Shown here one piece after another: positions 15,901 through 31,399 of a stretch of 64,000 bases of DNA. Where the stretch lies: assembly GCF_009914755.1 (NCBI RefSeq), contig NC_060925.1, one strand, 5' to 3'. The translations under genes were made by a program, and so were the position numbers. The notes under the pieces were generated by a model that worked only from the letters and a program-made list of their open reading frames with translations, was not told where the DNA came from and ran no database searches. The first letter of the stretch is position 1. The number at the start of each line of letters is the position of its first letter. The DNA comes from the human T2T-CHM13v2.0 reference genome, Homo sapiens.

Positions 15901-18900
15901 ATCGTCATCGAATGAATTGAATGCAATCATCGAATGGTCTCGAATGGAATCATCTTCAAATGGAATGGAATGGAATCATCGCATAGAATCGAATGGAATT
16001 CTCATCGAATGGAATCGAATGGAATCAACATCAAACGGAAAAAAACGGAATTATCGAATGGAATCGAAGAGAATCATCGAATGGGCCCGAATGGAATCAT
16101 CTAATGGAATGGAATGGAATAATCCATGGACTCGAATGCAATCATCATCTAATGGAATCGAATGGAATCATCGAATGGACTCGAATGGAATAATCATTGA
16201 ACGGAATCGAATGGAATCATCATCGGATGGAAATGAATGGAATCATTATCGAATGGAATCGAATAGAATTATGGAATGAAATCCAGTGTCATCATCATCG
16301 AATGGACCCGAATGGAATCATCATCCAACGGAAGCTAATGGAATCAACATCGAATGAATCGAATGGAAACACCATCGAATTGAAACGAGTGGAATTATCA
16401 TGAAATTGAAATGGATGGACTCATCATCGAATGGATTCGAATGGAATCATCGAATAAAATTGATTGAAATCGTCATCAAATGGAATCGAATGGAAGCATT
16501 GAGTGGAATCGAATGGAATCATCATCAGATGGAAATGAATGGAATCGTCATAGAATGGAATCGAATGGATTCATTGAATGGAATCAGATGGAATCTTCGA
16601 ATGGACTGGAATGGAATCATTGAATGGACTCGAAAGGGATCATTATTGAATGGAATTGAATGGAATCATCGAATGGTCTCGATTGGAATCATTATCAAAT
16701 GGAATCGAATGGAATCACCGAATAGAATCGAATGGAACAATCATCGAATGGACTCAAATGAAATTATCCTCAAGTGGAATCGAATGGAATTATCGAATGC
16801 AATCGAATGGAATTATCGAATGCAATCGAATAGAATCATCGAATGGACTCGAATGTAATCATCAAATGGAATGGAATGGAACAGTCAATGAACTCGAATG
16901 GAATCATCATTGAATGGAATCGAATGGAATCATCGAGTGGAATCGAATGGAATTATGATCAAATGGAATCGAATGTAATCATCATCAAATGGAATCAAAA
17001 ATAACCATCATCAATTGGTATTCAATGGAATTGTCATCAAATGGAATTCAACGGTATCATCATCAAATGGAACCGAATGGAATCCTCATTGAATGGAAAT
17101 GAAAGGGGTCATCATCTAATGGAATCGCATGGAATCATCATCAAATGGAATCGAATGGAATCATCATCAAATGGAATCTAATGGAATCATTGAAAGAATT
17201 GAATGGAATCGTCATCGAATGAATTGAATGCAATCATCGAATGGTCTCGAATGGAATCATCTTCTAATGGAAAGGAATGGAATCATCGCATAGAATCGAA
17301 TGGAATTATCATCGAATGGAATCGAATGGTATCAACACCAAAAGGAAAAAAACGGAATTATGGAATGGAATCGAAGAGAATCTTCGAACGGACCCGAATG
17401 GAATCATCTAATGGAATGGAATGGAATAATCCATGGACTCGAATGCAATCATCAACGAATGGAATCGAATGGAATCATCGAATGGACTCGAATGGAATAA
17501 TCATTGAACGGAATCGAATGGAATCATCATCGGATGGAAACGAATGGAATCATCATCGAATGGAAATGAAAGGAGTCATCATCTAATGGAATTGCATGGA
17601 ATCATCATCAAATGGAATCGAATGGAATCAACATCAAATGGAATCAAATGGAATCATTGAACGGAATTGAATGGAATCGTCATCGAATGAATTGAATGCA
17701 ATCATCGAATGGTCTCGAATGGAAACATCTTCAAATGGAATGGAATGGAATCATCGCATACAATCGAATGGAATTATCATCGAATGGAATCGAATGGAAT
17801 CAACATCAAACGGAAAAAAACGGAATTATCGAATGGAATCGAAGAGAATCATCGAATGGACCCGAATGGAATCATCTAATGGAATGGAATGGAATAATCC
17901 ATGGACTCGAATGCAATCATCATCGAATGGAATCGAATGGAATCATCGAATGGACTCGAATGGAATAATCATTGAACGGAATCGAATGGAATCATCATCG
18001 GATGGAAATGAATGGAATCATCATCGAATGGAATCGAATAGAATTATGGAATGAAATCCAGTGTGATCATCATCGAATGGACCCGAATGGAATCATCATC
18101 CAACGGAAGCTAATGGAATCAACATCGAATGAATCAAATGGAAACACCATCGAATTGAAACGAATGGAATTACCATGAAATTGAAATGGATGGACTCATC
18201 CTCAAATGGATTCGAGTGGAATCATCGAATAAAATCGATTGAAATCATCATCGAATGGAATAGAATGGTATCATTGAATGGAATCGAATGGAATCATCAT
18301 CAGATGGAAATGAAAGGAATCGTCATAGAATGGAATCGAATGGATTCATTGAATGGAATCAGATGGAATCATTGAATGGACTGGAATGGAATCATTGAAT
18401 GGACTCGAAAGGGATCATTATTGAATGGAATTGAATGGAATCATCGAATGGTCTCGATTGGAATCATTATCAAATGGAATCGAATGGAATCACCGAATAG
18501 AATCGAATGGAACAATCATCGAATGGACTCAAATGGAATTATCCTCAAATGGAATCGAATGGAATTATCGAATGCAATCGAATGGAATTATCGAATGCAA
18601 TCGAATAGAATCATCGAATGGACTCGAATGGAATCATCGAATGGAATGGAATGGAACAGTCAATGAACTCGAATGGAATCATCATTGAATGGAATCGAAT
18701 GGAATCATCGAGTGGAATCGAATGTCATCATCATCAAATGGAATCAAAAATAACCATCATCAAATGGAATCAAAAGTAACCATCATCAATTGGTATTGAA
18801 TGGAATTCTCATCAAATGGAATTCAAAGGAATCATCATCAAATGGAACCGAATGGAATCCTCATTGAATGGAAATGAAAGGGGTCATCATCTAATGGAAT

Positions 18901-20970
18901 CGCATGGAATCATCATAAAATGGAATAGAATGGAATCAACATCAAATGGAATCAAATGGAATCATTGAACGGAATTGAATGGAATCGTCATCGAATGAAT
19001 TGAATGCAATCATCGAATGGTCTCGAATGGAATCATCTTCAAATGGAATGGAATGGAATCATCGCATAGAATCGAATGGAATTATCATCGAATGGAATCG
19101 AATGGAATCAACATCAAACGGAAAAAAACGGAATTATCGAATGGAATCGAAGAGAATCATCGAATGGACCCGAATGGAATCATCTAATGGAATGGAATGG
19201 AATAATCCATGGACTCGAATGCAATCATCATCGAATGGAATCGAATGGAATCATCGAATGGACTCGAATGGAATAATCATTGAACGGAATCGAATGGAAT
19301 CATCATCGGATGGAAATGAATGGAATCATCATCGAATGGAATCGAATAGAATTATGGAATGAAATCCAGTGTGATCATCATCGAATGGACCCGAATGGAA
19401 TCATCATCCATCGGAAGCAAATGGAATCAACATCGAATGAATCGAATGGAAACACCATCGAATTGAAACGAATGGAATTATCATGAAATTGAAATGGATG
19501 GACTCATCATCGAATGGATTCGAATGGAATCATCGAATAAAATTGATTGAAATCATCATCAAATGGAATCGAATGGTATCATTGAATGGAATCGAATGGA
19601 ATCATCATCAGATGGAAATGAATGGAATCGTCATAGAATGGAATCGAATGGATTCATTGAATGGAATCAGATGGAATCATCGAATGGACTGGAATGGAAT
19701 CATTGAATGGACTCGAAAGGGATCATGATTGAATGGAATTGAATGGAATCATCGAATGGTCTCGATTGGAATCATTATCAAATGGAATCGAATGGAATCA
19801 CCGAATAGAATCGAATGGAACAATCATCGAATGGACTCAAATGGAATTATCCTCCAATGGAATCGAATGGAATTATCGAATGCAATCGAATGGAATTATC
19901 GAATGCAATCGAATAGAATCATCGAATGGACTCGAATGGAATCATCGAATGGAATGGAATGGAACAGTCAATGAACTCGAATGGAATCATCATTGAATGG
20001 AATCGAATGGAATCATCGAGTGGAATCGAATGGAATTATGATCAAATGGAATCGAATGTAATCATCATCAAATGGAATCAAAAATAACCATCATCAATTG
20101 GTATTGAATGGAATTGTCATCAAATGGAATTCAAAGGAAACATCATCAAATGGAACCGAATGGAATCCTCATTGAATGGAAATGAAAGGGGTCATCATAT
20201 AATGGAATCGCATGGAATCATCATCAAATGGAATCGAATGGAATCATCATCAAATGGAATCTAATGGAATCATTCAACAGAATTGAATGGAATCGTCATC
20301 GAATGAATTGAATGCAATCATCGAATGGTCTCGAATGGAACCATCTTCTAATGGAAAGGAATGGAATCATCGCATAGAATCGAATGGAATTGTCATCGAA
20401 TGGAATCGAATGGTATCAACATCAAACGGAAAAAAACGGAATTATCGAATGGAATCGAAGAGAATCTTCGAACGGACCCGAATGGAATCATCTAATGGAA
20501 TGGAATGGAATAATCCATGGACTCGAATGCAATCATCATCGAATGGAATCGAATGGAATCATCGAATGGACTCGAATGCAATAATCATTGAACGGAATCG
20601 AATGGAATCATCATCGGATGGAAACGAATGGAATCATCATCGGATGGGAATGAAAGGAGTCATCATCTAATGGAATTGCATGGAATCATCATAAAATGGA
20701 ATCGAATGGAATCAACATCAAATGGAATCAAATGGAATCATTGAACGGAATTGAATGGAATCGTCATCGAATGAATTGAATGCAATCATCGAATGGTCTC
20801 GAATGGAATCATCTTCAAATGGAATGGAATGGAATCATCGCATAGAATCGAATGGAATTCTCATCGAATGGAATCGAATGGAATCAACATCAAACGGAAA
20901 AAAACGGAATTATCGAATGGAATCGAAGAGAATCATCGAATGGGCCCGAATGGAATCATCTAATGGAATG
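9950..20970 (+). repeat. Local tandem duplication (6,157-bp copy followed by a 4,859-bp copy)
   Basis: Offsets are 6157 (11046->17203, 11514->17671) and then 4859 (14120->18979, 15428->20287). Shared private variants include GGAAGCATTGAGTGG, CCAAAAGGAA, ATACAATCG, CATCGGAAGCAAATGG, GGATGGGAATG and TGGGCCCG. Confidence 0.88.
14624..16399 (+). repeat. Representative canonical ~1,776-bp HSat2 unit (chr1q12/pUC1.77-like subfamily, probably HSat2A2)
   Basis: The landmark ATGAAATTGAAATGGATGGAC (or a close variant) recurs 36 times. 18 of the 35 intervals are two-module units, mostly 1774-1776 bp. Each complete unit normally carries one GGAATTCAAAGG EcoRI site. The 1.77-kb EcoRI unit of chr1 HSat2 is established knowledge; the chromosome assignment is inferred. 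Confidence 0.75.
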
Positions 20971-22168
20971 GAATGGAATAATCCATGGACTCGAATGCAA
21001 TCATCATCGAATGGAATCGAATGGAATCATCGAATGGACTCGAATGGAATAATCATTGAACGGAATCGAATGGAATCATCATCGGATGGAAATGAATGGA
21101 ATCATCATCGAATGGAAATGAAAGGAGTCATCATCTAATGGAATTGCAAGGAATCATCATAAAATGGAATCGAATGGAATCAACATCAAATGGAATCAAA
21201 TGGAATCATTGAACGGAATTGAATGGAATCGTCATCGAATGAATTGAATGCAATCATCGAATGGTCTCGAATGGAATCATCTTCAAATGGAAGGGAATGG
21301 AATCATCGCATAGAATCGAATGGAATTATCATCGAATGGAATCGAATGGAATCAACATCAAACGGAAAAAAACGGAATTATCGAATGGAATCGAAGAGAA
21401 TCATCGAATGGACCCGAATGGAATCATCTAATGGAATGGAATGGAATAATCCATGGACTCGAATGCAATCATCATCGAATGGAATCGAATGGAATCATCG
21501 AATGGACTCGAATGGAATAATCATTGAACGGAATCGAATGGAATCATCATCGGATGGAAATGAAAGGAGTCATCATCTAATGGAATTGCATGGAATCATC
21601 ATAAAATGGAATCGAATGGAATCACCATCAAATGGAATCAAATGGAATCATTGAACGGAATTGAATGGAATCGTCATCGAATGAATTGAATGCAATCATC
21701 GAATGGTCTCGAATGGAATCATCTTCAAATGGAATGGAATGGAATCATCGCATAGAATCGAATGGAATTATCATCGAATGGAATCGAATGGAATCAACAT
21801 CAAACGGAAAAAAACGGAATTATCGAATGGAATCGAAGAGAATCATCGAATGGACCCGAATGGAATCATCTAATGGAATGGAATGGAATAATCCATGGAC
21901 TCGAATGGAATCATCATCGAATGGAATCGAATGGAATCATCGAATGGACTCGAATGGAATAATCATTGAACGGAATCGAATGGAATCGTCATCGGATGGA
22001 AATGAATGGAATCATCATCGAATGGAATCGAATAGAATTATGGAACGAAATCCAGTGTGATCATCATCGAATGGACCCGAATGGAATCATCATCCAACGG
22101 AAGCTAATGGAATCAACATCGAATGAATCGAATGGAAACACCATCGAATTGAAACGAATGGAATTATC
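20287..22168 (+). repeat. Run of four ~468-bp internal modules (starts 20287, 20755, 21223, 21665)
   Basis: ATGGAATCGTCATCGAATGAATTGAATGCAATC recurs at spacings of 468, 468 and 442 bp (442 = 468 - 26). Similar four-module runs start at 22972 and 26955. Confidence 0.9.
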
Positions 22169-22904
22169 ATGAAAGTGATATGGATGGACTCGTCATCGAA
22201 TGGATTCGAATGGAATCATCGAATAAAATTGATTGAAATCATCATCGAATGGTATCGAATGGTATCATTGAATGGAATCGAATGGAATCATCATCAGATG
22301 GAAATGAATGGAATCGTCATAGAATGGAATCGAATGGATTCATTGAATGGAATCAGATGGAATCATCGAATGGACTGGAATGGAATCAGTGAATGGACTC
22401 GAAAGGGATCATTATTGAATGGAATTGAATGGAATCATCGAATGGTCTCGATTGGAATCATTATCAAATGGAATCGAATGGAATCACAGAATAGAATCGA
22501 ATGGAACAATCATCGAATGGACTCAAATGGAATTATCCTCAAATAGAATCGAATGGAATTATCGAATGCAATCGAATGGAATTATCGAATGCAATCGAAT
22601 AGAATCATCGAATGGATTCGAATGGAATCATCGAATGGAATGGAATGGAACAGTCAATGAACTCGAATGGAATCATCATTGAATGGAATCGAATCGAATC
22701 ATCGAGTGGAATCGAATGGAATTATGATCAAATGGAATCGAATGTAATCATCATCAAATGGAATCAAAAATAACCATCATCAATTGGTATTGAATGGAAT
22801 TGTCATCAAATGGAATTCAAAGGAATCATCATCAAATGGAACCGAATGGAATCCTCATTGAATGGAAATGAAAGGGGTCATCATCTAATGGAATCGCATG
22901 GAAT

Positions 22905-25900
22905 CATCATCAAATGGAATCGAATGGAATCATCATCAAATGGAATCTAATGGAATCATTGAAAGAATTGAATGGAATCATCATCGAATGAATTGAATGC
23001 AATCATCGAATGGTCTCGAATGGAATCATCTTCTAATGGAAAGGAATGGAATCATCGCATAGAATCGAATGGAATTATCATCGAATGGAATCGAATGGTA
23101 TCAACACCAAACGGAAAAAAACGGAATTATCAAATGGAATCGAAGAGAATCTTCGAACGGACCCGAATGGAATCATCTAATGGAATGGAATGGAATAATC
23201 CATGGACTCGAATGCAATCATCATCGAATGGAATCGAATGGAATCATCGAATGGACTCGAATGGAATAATCATTGAACGGAATCGAATGGAATCATCATC
23301 GGATGGAAACGAATGGAATCATCATCGAATGGAAATGAAAGGAGTCATCATCTAATGGAATTGCATGGAATCATCATCAAATGGAATCGAATGGAATCAA
23401 CATCAAATGGAATCAAATGGAATCATTGAACGGAATTGAATGGAATCGTCATCGAATGAATTGAATGCAATCATCGAATGGTCTCGAATGGAATCATCTT
23501 CAAATGGAATGGAATGGAATCATCGCATAGAATCGAATGGAATTATCATCGAATGGAATCGAATGGAATCAACATCAAACGGAAAAAAACGGAATTATCG
23601 AATGGAATCGAAGAGAATCATCGAATGGACCCGAATGGAATCATCTAATGGAATGGAATGGAATAATCCATGGACTCGAATGCAATCATCATCGAATGGA
23701 ATCGAATGGAATCATCGAATGGACTCGAATGGAATAATCATTGAACGGAATCGAATGGAATCATCATCGGATGGAAATGAAAGGAGTCATCATCTAATGG
23801 AATTGCATGGAATCATCATAAAATGGAATCGAATGGAATCAACATCAAATGGAATCAAATGGAATCATTGAACGGAATTGAATGGAATCGTCATCGAATG
23901 AATTGAATGCAATCATCGAATGGTCTCGAATGGAATCATCTTCAAATGGAATGGAATGGAATCATCGCATAGAATCGAATGGAATTATCATCGAATGGAA
24001 TCGAATGGAATCAACATCAAACGGAAAAAAACGGAATTATCGAATGGAATCGAAGAGAATCATCGAATGGACCCGAATGGAATCATCTAATGGAATGGAA
24101 TGAAATAATCCATGGACTCGAAAGCAATCATCATCGAATGGAATCGAATGGAATCATCGAATGGGCTCGAATGGAATAATCATTGAACGGAATCGAATGG
24201 AATCATCATCGGATGGAAACGAATGGAATCATCATCGAATGGAAATGAAAGGAGTCATCATCTAATGGAATTGCATGGAATCATCATCAAATGGAATCGA
24301 ATGGAATCAACATCAAATGGAATCAAATGGAATCATTGAACGGAATTGAATGGAATCGTCATCGAATGAATTGAATGCAATCATCGAATGGTCTCGAATG
24401 GAATCTTCTTCAAATGGAATGGAATGGAATCATCGCATAGAATCGAATGGAATTATCATCGAATGGAATCGAATGGTATCAACATCAAACGGAAAAAAAC
24501 GGAATTATCGAATGGAATCGAAGAGAATCTTCGAACGGACCCGAATGGAATCATCTAATGGAATGGAATGGAATAATCCATGGACTCGAATGCAATCATC
24601 ATCGAATGGAATCGAATGGAATCATTGAAAGGACTCGAATGGAATAATCATTGAACGGAATCGAATGGAATCATCATGGGATGGAAATGAATGGAATCAT
24701 CATCGAATGGAATCGAATAGAATTATGGAATGAAATCCAGTGTGATCATCATCGAATGGACCCGAATGGAATCATCATCCAACGGAAGCTAATGGAATCA
24801 ACATCGAATGAATCGAATGGAAACACCATCGAATTGAAACGAATGGAATTACCATGAAATTGAAATGGATGGACTCATCATCGAATGGATTCGAATGGAA
24901 TCATCGAATAAAATTGATTGAAATCATCATCGAATGGAATCGAATGGTATCATTGAATGGAATCGAATGGAATCATCATCAGATGGAAATGAATGGAATC
25001 GTCATAGAATGGGATCGAATGGATTCATTGAATGGAATCAGATGGAATCATCGAATGGACTGGAATGGAATCATTGAATGGACTCGAAAGGGATCATTAT
25101 TGAATGGAATTGAATGGAATCATCGAATGGTCTCGATTGGAATCATTATCAAATGGAATCGAATGGAATCACCGAATAGAATCGAATGGAACAATCATCG
25201 AATGGACTCAAATGGAATTATCCTCAAATGGAATCGAATGGAATTATCGAATGCAATCGAATGGAATTATCGAATGCAATCCAATAGAATCATCGAATGG
25301 ACTCGAATGGAATCATCGAATGGAATGGAATGGAACAGTCAATGAACTCGAATGGAATCATCATTGAATGGAATCGAATGGAATCATCGAGTGGAATCGA
25401 ATGGAATTATGATCAAATGGAATCGAATGTAATCATCATCAAATGGAATCAAAAATAACCATCATCAATTGGTATTGAATGGAATTGTCATCAAATGGAA
25501 TTCAAAGGAATCATCATCAAATGGAACCGAATGGAATCCTCATTGAATGGAAATGAAAGGGGTCATCATGTAATGGAATCGCATGGAATCATCATCAAAT
25601 GGAATCGAATGGAATCATCATCAAATGGAATCTAATGGAATCATTGAAAGAATTGAATGGAATCATCATCGAATGAATTGAATGCAATCATCGAATGGTC
25701 TCGAATGGAATCCTCTTCTAATGGAAAGGAATGGAATCATCGCATAGAATCGAATGGAATTATCATCGAATGGAATCGAATGGTATCAACACCAAACGGA
25801 AAAAAACGGAATTATCGAATGGAATCGAAGAGAATCATCGAATGGACCCGAATGGAATCATCTAATGGAATGGAATGGAATAATCCATGGACTCGAATGC

Positions 25901-28900
25901 AATCATCATCGAATGGAATCGAATGGAATCATCGAATGGACTCGAATGGAATAATCATTGAACGGAATCGAATGGAATCATCATCGGATGGAAACGAATG
26001 GAATCATCATCGAATGGAATCGAATAGAATTATGGAATGAAATCCAGTGTGATCATCATCGAATGGACCCGAATGGAATCATCATCCAACGGAAGCTAAT
26101 GGAATCAACATCGAATGAATCAAATGGAAACACCATCGAATTGAAACGAATGGAATTACCATGAAATTGAAATGGATGGACTCATCATCAAATGGATTCG
26201 AATGGAATCATCGAATAAAATTGATTGAAATCATCATCGAATGGAATCGAATGGTATCATTGAATGGAATCGAATGGAATCATCATCAGATGGAAATGAA
26301 TGGAATCGTCATAGAATGGAATCGAATGGATTCATTGAATGGAATCAGATGGAATCATTGAATGGACTGGAATGGAATCATTGAATGGACTCGAAAGGGA
26401 TCATGATTGAATGGAATTGAATGGAATCATCGAATGGTCTCGATTGGAATCATTATCAAATGGAATCGAATGGAATCACTGAATAGAATCGAATGGAACA
26501 ATCATCGAATGGACTCAAATGGAATTATCCTCCAATGGAATCGAATGGAATTATCGAATGCAATCGAATGGAATTATCGAATGCAATCGAATAGAATCAT
26601 CGAATGGACTCGAATGGAATCATCGAATGGAATGGAATGGAACAGTCAATGAACTCGAATGGAATCATCATTGAATGGAATCATCGAGTGGAATCGAAAG
26701 GAATTATGATCAAATGGAATCGAACGTAATCATCATCAAATGGAATCAAAAATAACCATCATCAATTGGTATTGAATGGAATTGTCATCAAATGGAATTC
26801 AAAGGAATCATCATCAAATGGAACCGAATGGAATCCTCATTGAATGGAAATGAAAGGGGTCATCATCTAATGGAATCGCATGGAATCATCATCAAATGGA
26901 ATCGAATGGAATCATCATCAAATGGAATCTAATGGAATCATTGAAAAGAATTGAATGGAATCGTCATCGAATGAATTTAATGCAATCATCGAATGGTCTC
27001 GAATGGAATCATCTTCTAATGGAAAGGACTGGAATCATCGCATAGAATCGAATGGAATTATCATCGAATGGAATCGAATGGTATCAACACCAAACGGAAA
27101 AAAACGGAATTATCGAATGGAATCGAAGAGAATCTTCGAACGGACCCGAATGGAATCATCTAATAGAATGGAATGGAATAATCCATGGACACGAATGCAA
27201 TCATCATCGAATGGAATCGAATGGAATCATCGAATGGACTCGAATGGAATAATCATTGAACGGAATCGAATGGAATCATCATCGGATGGAAACGAATGGA
27301 ATCATCATCGAATGGAAATGAAAGGAGTCATCATCTAATGGAATTGCATGGAATCATCATCAAATGGAATCGAATGGAATCATCATCAAATGGAATCTAA
27401 TGGAATCATTGAAAGAATTGAATGGAATCATCATCGAATGAATTGAATGCAATCATCGAATGGTCTCGAATGGAATCATCTTCTAATGGAAAGGAATGGA
27501 ATCATCGCATAGAATCGAATGGAATTATCATCGAATGGAATCGAATGGTATCAACACCAAACGGAAAAAAACGGAATTATCGAATGGAATCGAAGAGAAT
27601 CTTCGAACGGACCCGAATGGAATCATCTAATGGAATGGAATGGAATAATCCATGGACTCGAATGCAATCATCATCGAATGGAATCGAATGGAATCATCGA
27701 ATGGACTCGAATGGAATAATCATTGAACGGAATCGAATGGAATCATCATCGGATGGAAATGAAAGGAGTCATCATCTAATGGAATTGCATGGAATCATCA
27801 TAAAATGGAATCGAATGGAATCAACATCAAATGGAATCAAATGGAATCATTGAACGGAATTGAATGGAATCGTCATCGAATGAATTGAATGCAATCATCG
27901 AATGGTCTCGAATGGAATCATCTTCAAATGGAATGGAATGGAATCATCGCATAGAATCGAATGGAATTATCATCGAATGGAATCGAATGGAATCAACATC
28001 AAACGGAAAAAAACGGAATTATCGAATGGAATCGAAGAGAATCATCGAATGGACCCGAATGGAATCATCTAATGGAATGGAATGGAATAATCCATGGACT
28101 CGAAAGCAATCATCATCGAATGGAATCGAATGGAATCATCGAATGGACTCGAATGGAATAATCATTGAACGGAATCGAATGGAATCATCATCGGATGGAA
28201 ACGAATGGAATCATCATCGAATGGAAATGAAAGGAGTCATCATCTAATGGAATTGCATGGAATCATCATCAAATGGAATCGAATGGAATCAACATCAAAT
28301 GGAATCAAATGGAATCATTGAACGGAATTGAATGGAATCGTCATCGAATGAATTGAATGCAATCATCGAATGGTCTCGAATGGAATCTTCTTCAAATGGA
28401 ATGGAATGGAATCATCGCATAGAATCGAATGGAATTATCATCGAATGGAATCGAATGGTATCAACATCAAACGGAAAAAAAAGGAATTATCGAATGGAAT
28501 CGAAGAGAATCTTCGAACGGACCCGAATGGAATCATCTAATGGAATGGAATGGAATAATCCATGGACTCGAATGCAATCATCATCGAATGGAATCGAATG
28601 GAATCATTGAAAGGACTCGAATGGAATAATCATTGAACGGAATCGAATGGAATCATCATGGGATGGAAATGAATGGAATCATCATCGAATGGAATCGAAT
28701 AGAATTATGGAATGAAATCCAGTGTGATCATCATCGAATGGACCCGAATGGAATCATCATCCAACGGAAGCTAATGGAATCAACATCGAATGAATCGAAT
28801 GGAAACACCATCGAATTGAAACGAATGGAATTACCATGAAATTGAAATGGATGGACTCATCATCGAATGGATTCGAATGGAATCATCGAATAAAATTGAT

Positions 28901-31337
28901 TGAAATCATCATCGAATGGAATCGAATGGTATCATTGAATGGAATCGAATGGAATCATCATCAGATGGAAATGAATGGAATCGTCATAGAATGGGATCGA
29001 ATGGATTCATTGAATGGAATCAGATGGAATCATCGAATGGACTGGAATGGAATCATTGAATGGACTCGAAAGGGATCATTATTGAATGGAATTGAATGGA
29101 ATCATCGAATGGTCTCGATTGGAATCATTATCAAATGGAATCGAATGGAATCACCGAATAGAATCGAATGGAACAATCATCGAATGGACTCAAATGGAAT
29201 TATCCTCAAATGGAATCGAATGGAATTATCGAATGCAATCGAATGGAATTATCGAATGCAATCGAATAGAATCATCGAATGGACTCGAATGGAATCATCG
29301 AATGGAGTGGAATGGAACAGTCAATGAACTCGAATGGAATCATCATTGAATGGAATCGAATGGAATCATCGAGTGGAATCGAATGGAATTATGATCAAAT
29401 GGAATCGAATGTAATCATCATCAAATGGAATCAAAAATAACCATCATCAATTGGTATTGAATGGAATTGTCATCAAATGGAATTTAAAGGAATCATCATC
29501 AAATGGAACCGAATGGAATCCTCATTGAATGGAAATGAAAGGGGTCATCATGTAATGGAATCGCATGGAATCATCATCAAATGGAATCGAATGGAATCAT
29601 CATCAAATGGAATCTAATGGAATCATTGAAAGAATTGAATGGAATCATCATCGAATGAATTGAATGCAATCATCGAATGGTCTCGAATGGAATCATCTTC
29701 TAATGGAAAGGAATGGAATCATCGCATAGAATCGAATGGAATTATCATCGAATGGAATCGAATGGTATCAACACCAAACGGAAAAAAACGGAATTATCGA
29801 ATGGAATCGAAGAGAATCATCGAATGGACCCGAATGGAATCATCTAATGGAATGGAATGGAATAATCCATGGACTCGAATGCAATCATCATCGAATGGAA
29901 TCGAATGGAATCATCGAATGGACTCGAATGGAATAATCATTGAAAGGAATCGAATGGAATCATCATCGGATGGAAACGAATGGAATCATCATCGAATGGA
30001 ATCGAATAGAATTATGGAATGAAATCCAGTGTGATCATCATCGAATGGACCCGAATGGAATCATCATCCAACGGAAGCTAATGGAATCAACATCGAATGA
30101 ATCAAATGGAAACACCATCGAATTGAAACGAATGGAATTACCATGAAATTGAAATGGATGGACTCATCATCAAATGGATTCGAATGGAATCATCGAATAA
30201 AATTGATTGAAATCATCATCGAATGGAATCGAATGGTATCATTGAATGGAATCGAATGGAATCATCATCAGATGGAAATGAATGGAATCGTCATAGAATG
30301 GAATCGAATGGATTCATTGAATGGAATCAGATGGAATCATTGAATGGACTGGAATGGAATCATTGAATGGACTCGAAAGGGATCATGATTGAATGGAATT
30401 GAATGGAATCATCGAATGGTCTCGATTGGAATCATTATCAAATGGAATCGAATGGAATCACTGAATAGAATCGAATGGAACAATCATCGAATGGACTCAA
30501 ATGGAATTATCCTCCAATGGAATCGAATGGAATTATCGAATGCAATCGAATGGAATTATCGAATGCAATCGAATAAAATCATCGAATGGACTCGAATGGA
30601 ATCATCGAATGGAATGGAATGGAACAGTCAATGAACTCGAATGGAATCATCATTGAATGGAATCATCGAGTGGAATCGAAAGGAATTATGATCAAATGGA
30701 ATCGAACGTAATCATCATCAAATGGAATCAAAAATAACCATCATCAATTGGTATTGAATGGAATTGTCATCAAATGGAATTCAAAGGAATCATCATCAAA
30801 TGGAACCGAATGGAATCCTCATTGAATGGAAATGAAAGGGGTCATCATCTAATGGAATCGCATGGAATCATCATCAAATGGAATCGAATGGAATCATCAT
30901 CAAATGGAATCTAATGGAATCATTGAAAAGAATTGAATGGAATCGTCATCGAATGAATTTAATGCAATCATCGAATGGTCTCGAATGGAATCATCTTCTA
31001 ATGGAAAGGACTGGAATCATCGCATAGAATCGAATGGAATTATCATCGAATGGAATCGAATGGTATCAACACCAAACGGAAAAAAACGGAATTATCGAAT
31101 GGAATCGAAGAGAATCTTCGAACGGACCCGAATGGAATCATCTAATGGAATGGAATGGAATAATCCATGGACTCGAATGCAATCATCATCGAATGGAATC
31201 GAATGGAATCATCGAATGGACTCGAATGGAATAATCATTGAAAGGAATCGAATGGAATCATCATCGGATGGAAACGAATGGAATCATCATCGAATGGAAA
31301 TGAAAGGAGTCATCATCTAATGGAATTGCATGGAATC
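22905..31337 (+). repeat. Local tandem duplication (4,450-bp copy followed by a 3,982-bp copy)
   Basis: A constant offset of 3982 holds for 23882->27864, 24854->28836, 26161->30143 and 26955->30937. Shared variants include GAATGGGATCGA, ATCACTGAATAG, GAATTTAATGC, AAGGACTGG and a 10-bp deletion at ~26675/30657. Confidence 0.88.
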
Positions 31338-31399
31338 ATCATAAAATGGAATCGAATGGAATCAACATCAAATGGAATCAAATGGAATCATTGAACGGA

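Noticed and set aside
9950-16110. 6,157-bp offset resembling the ~6-kb period reported for chr16 HSat2
   Set aside because: It occurs once and decomposes into 1775 + 1298 + 1308 + 1776 bp units.
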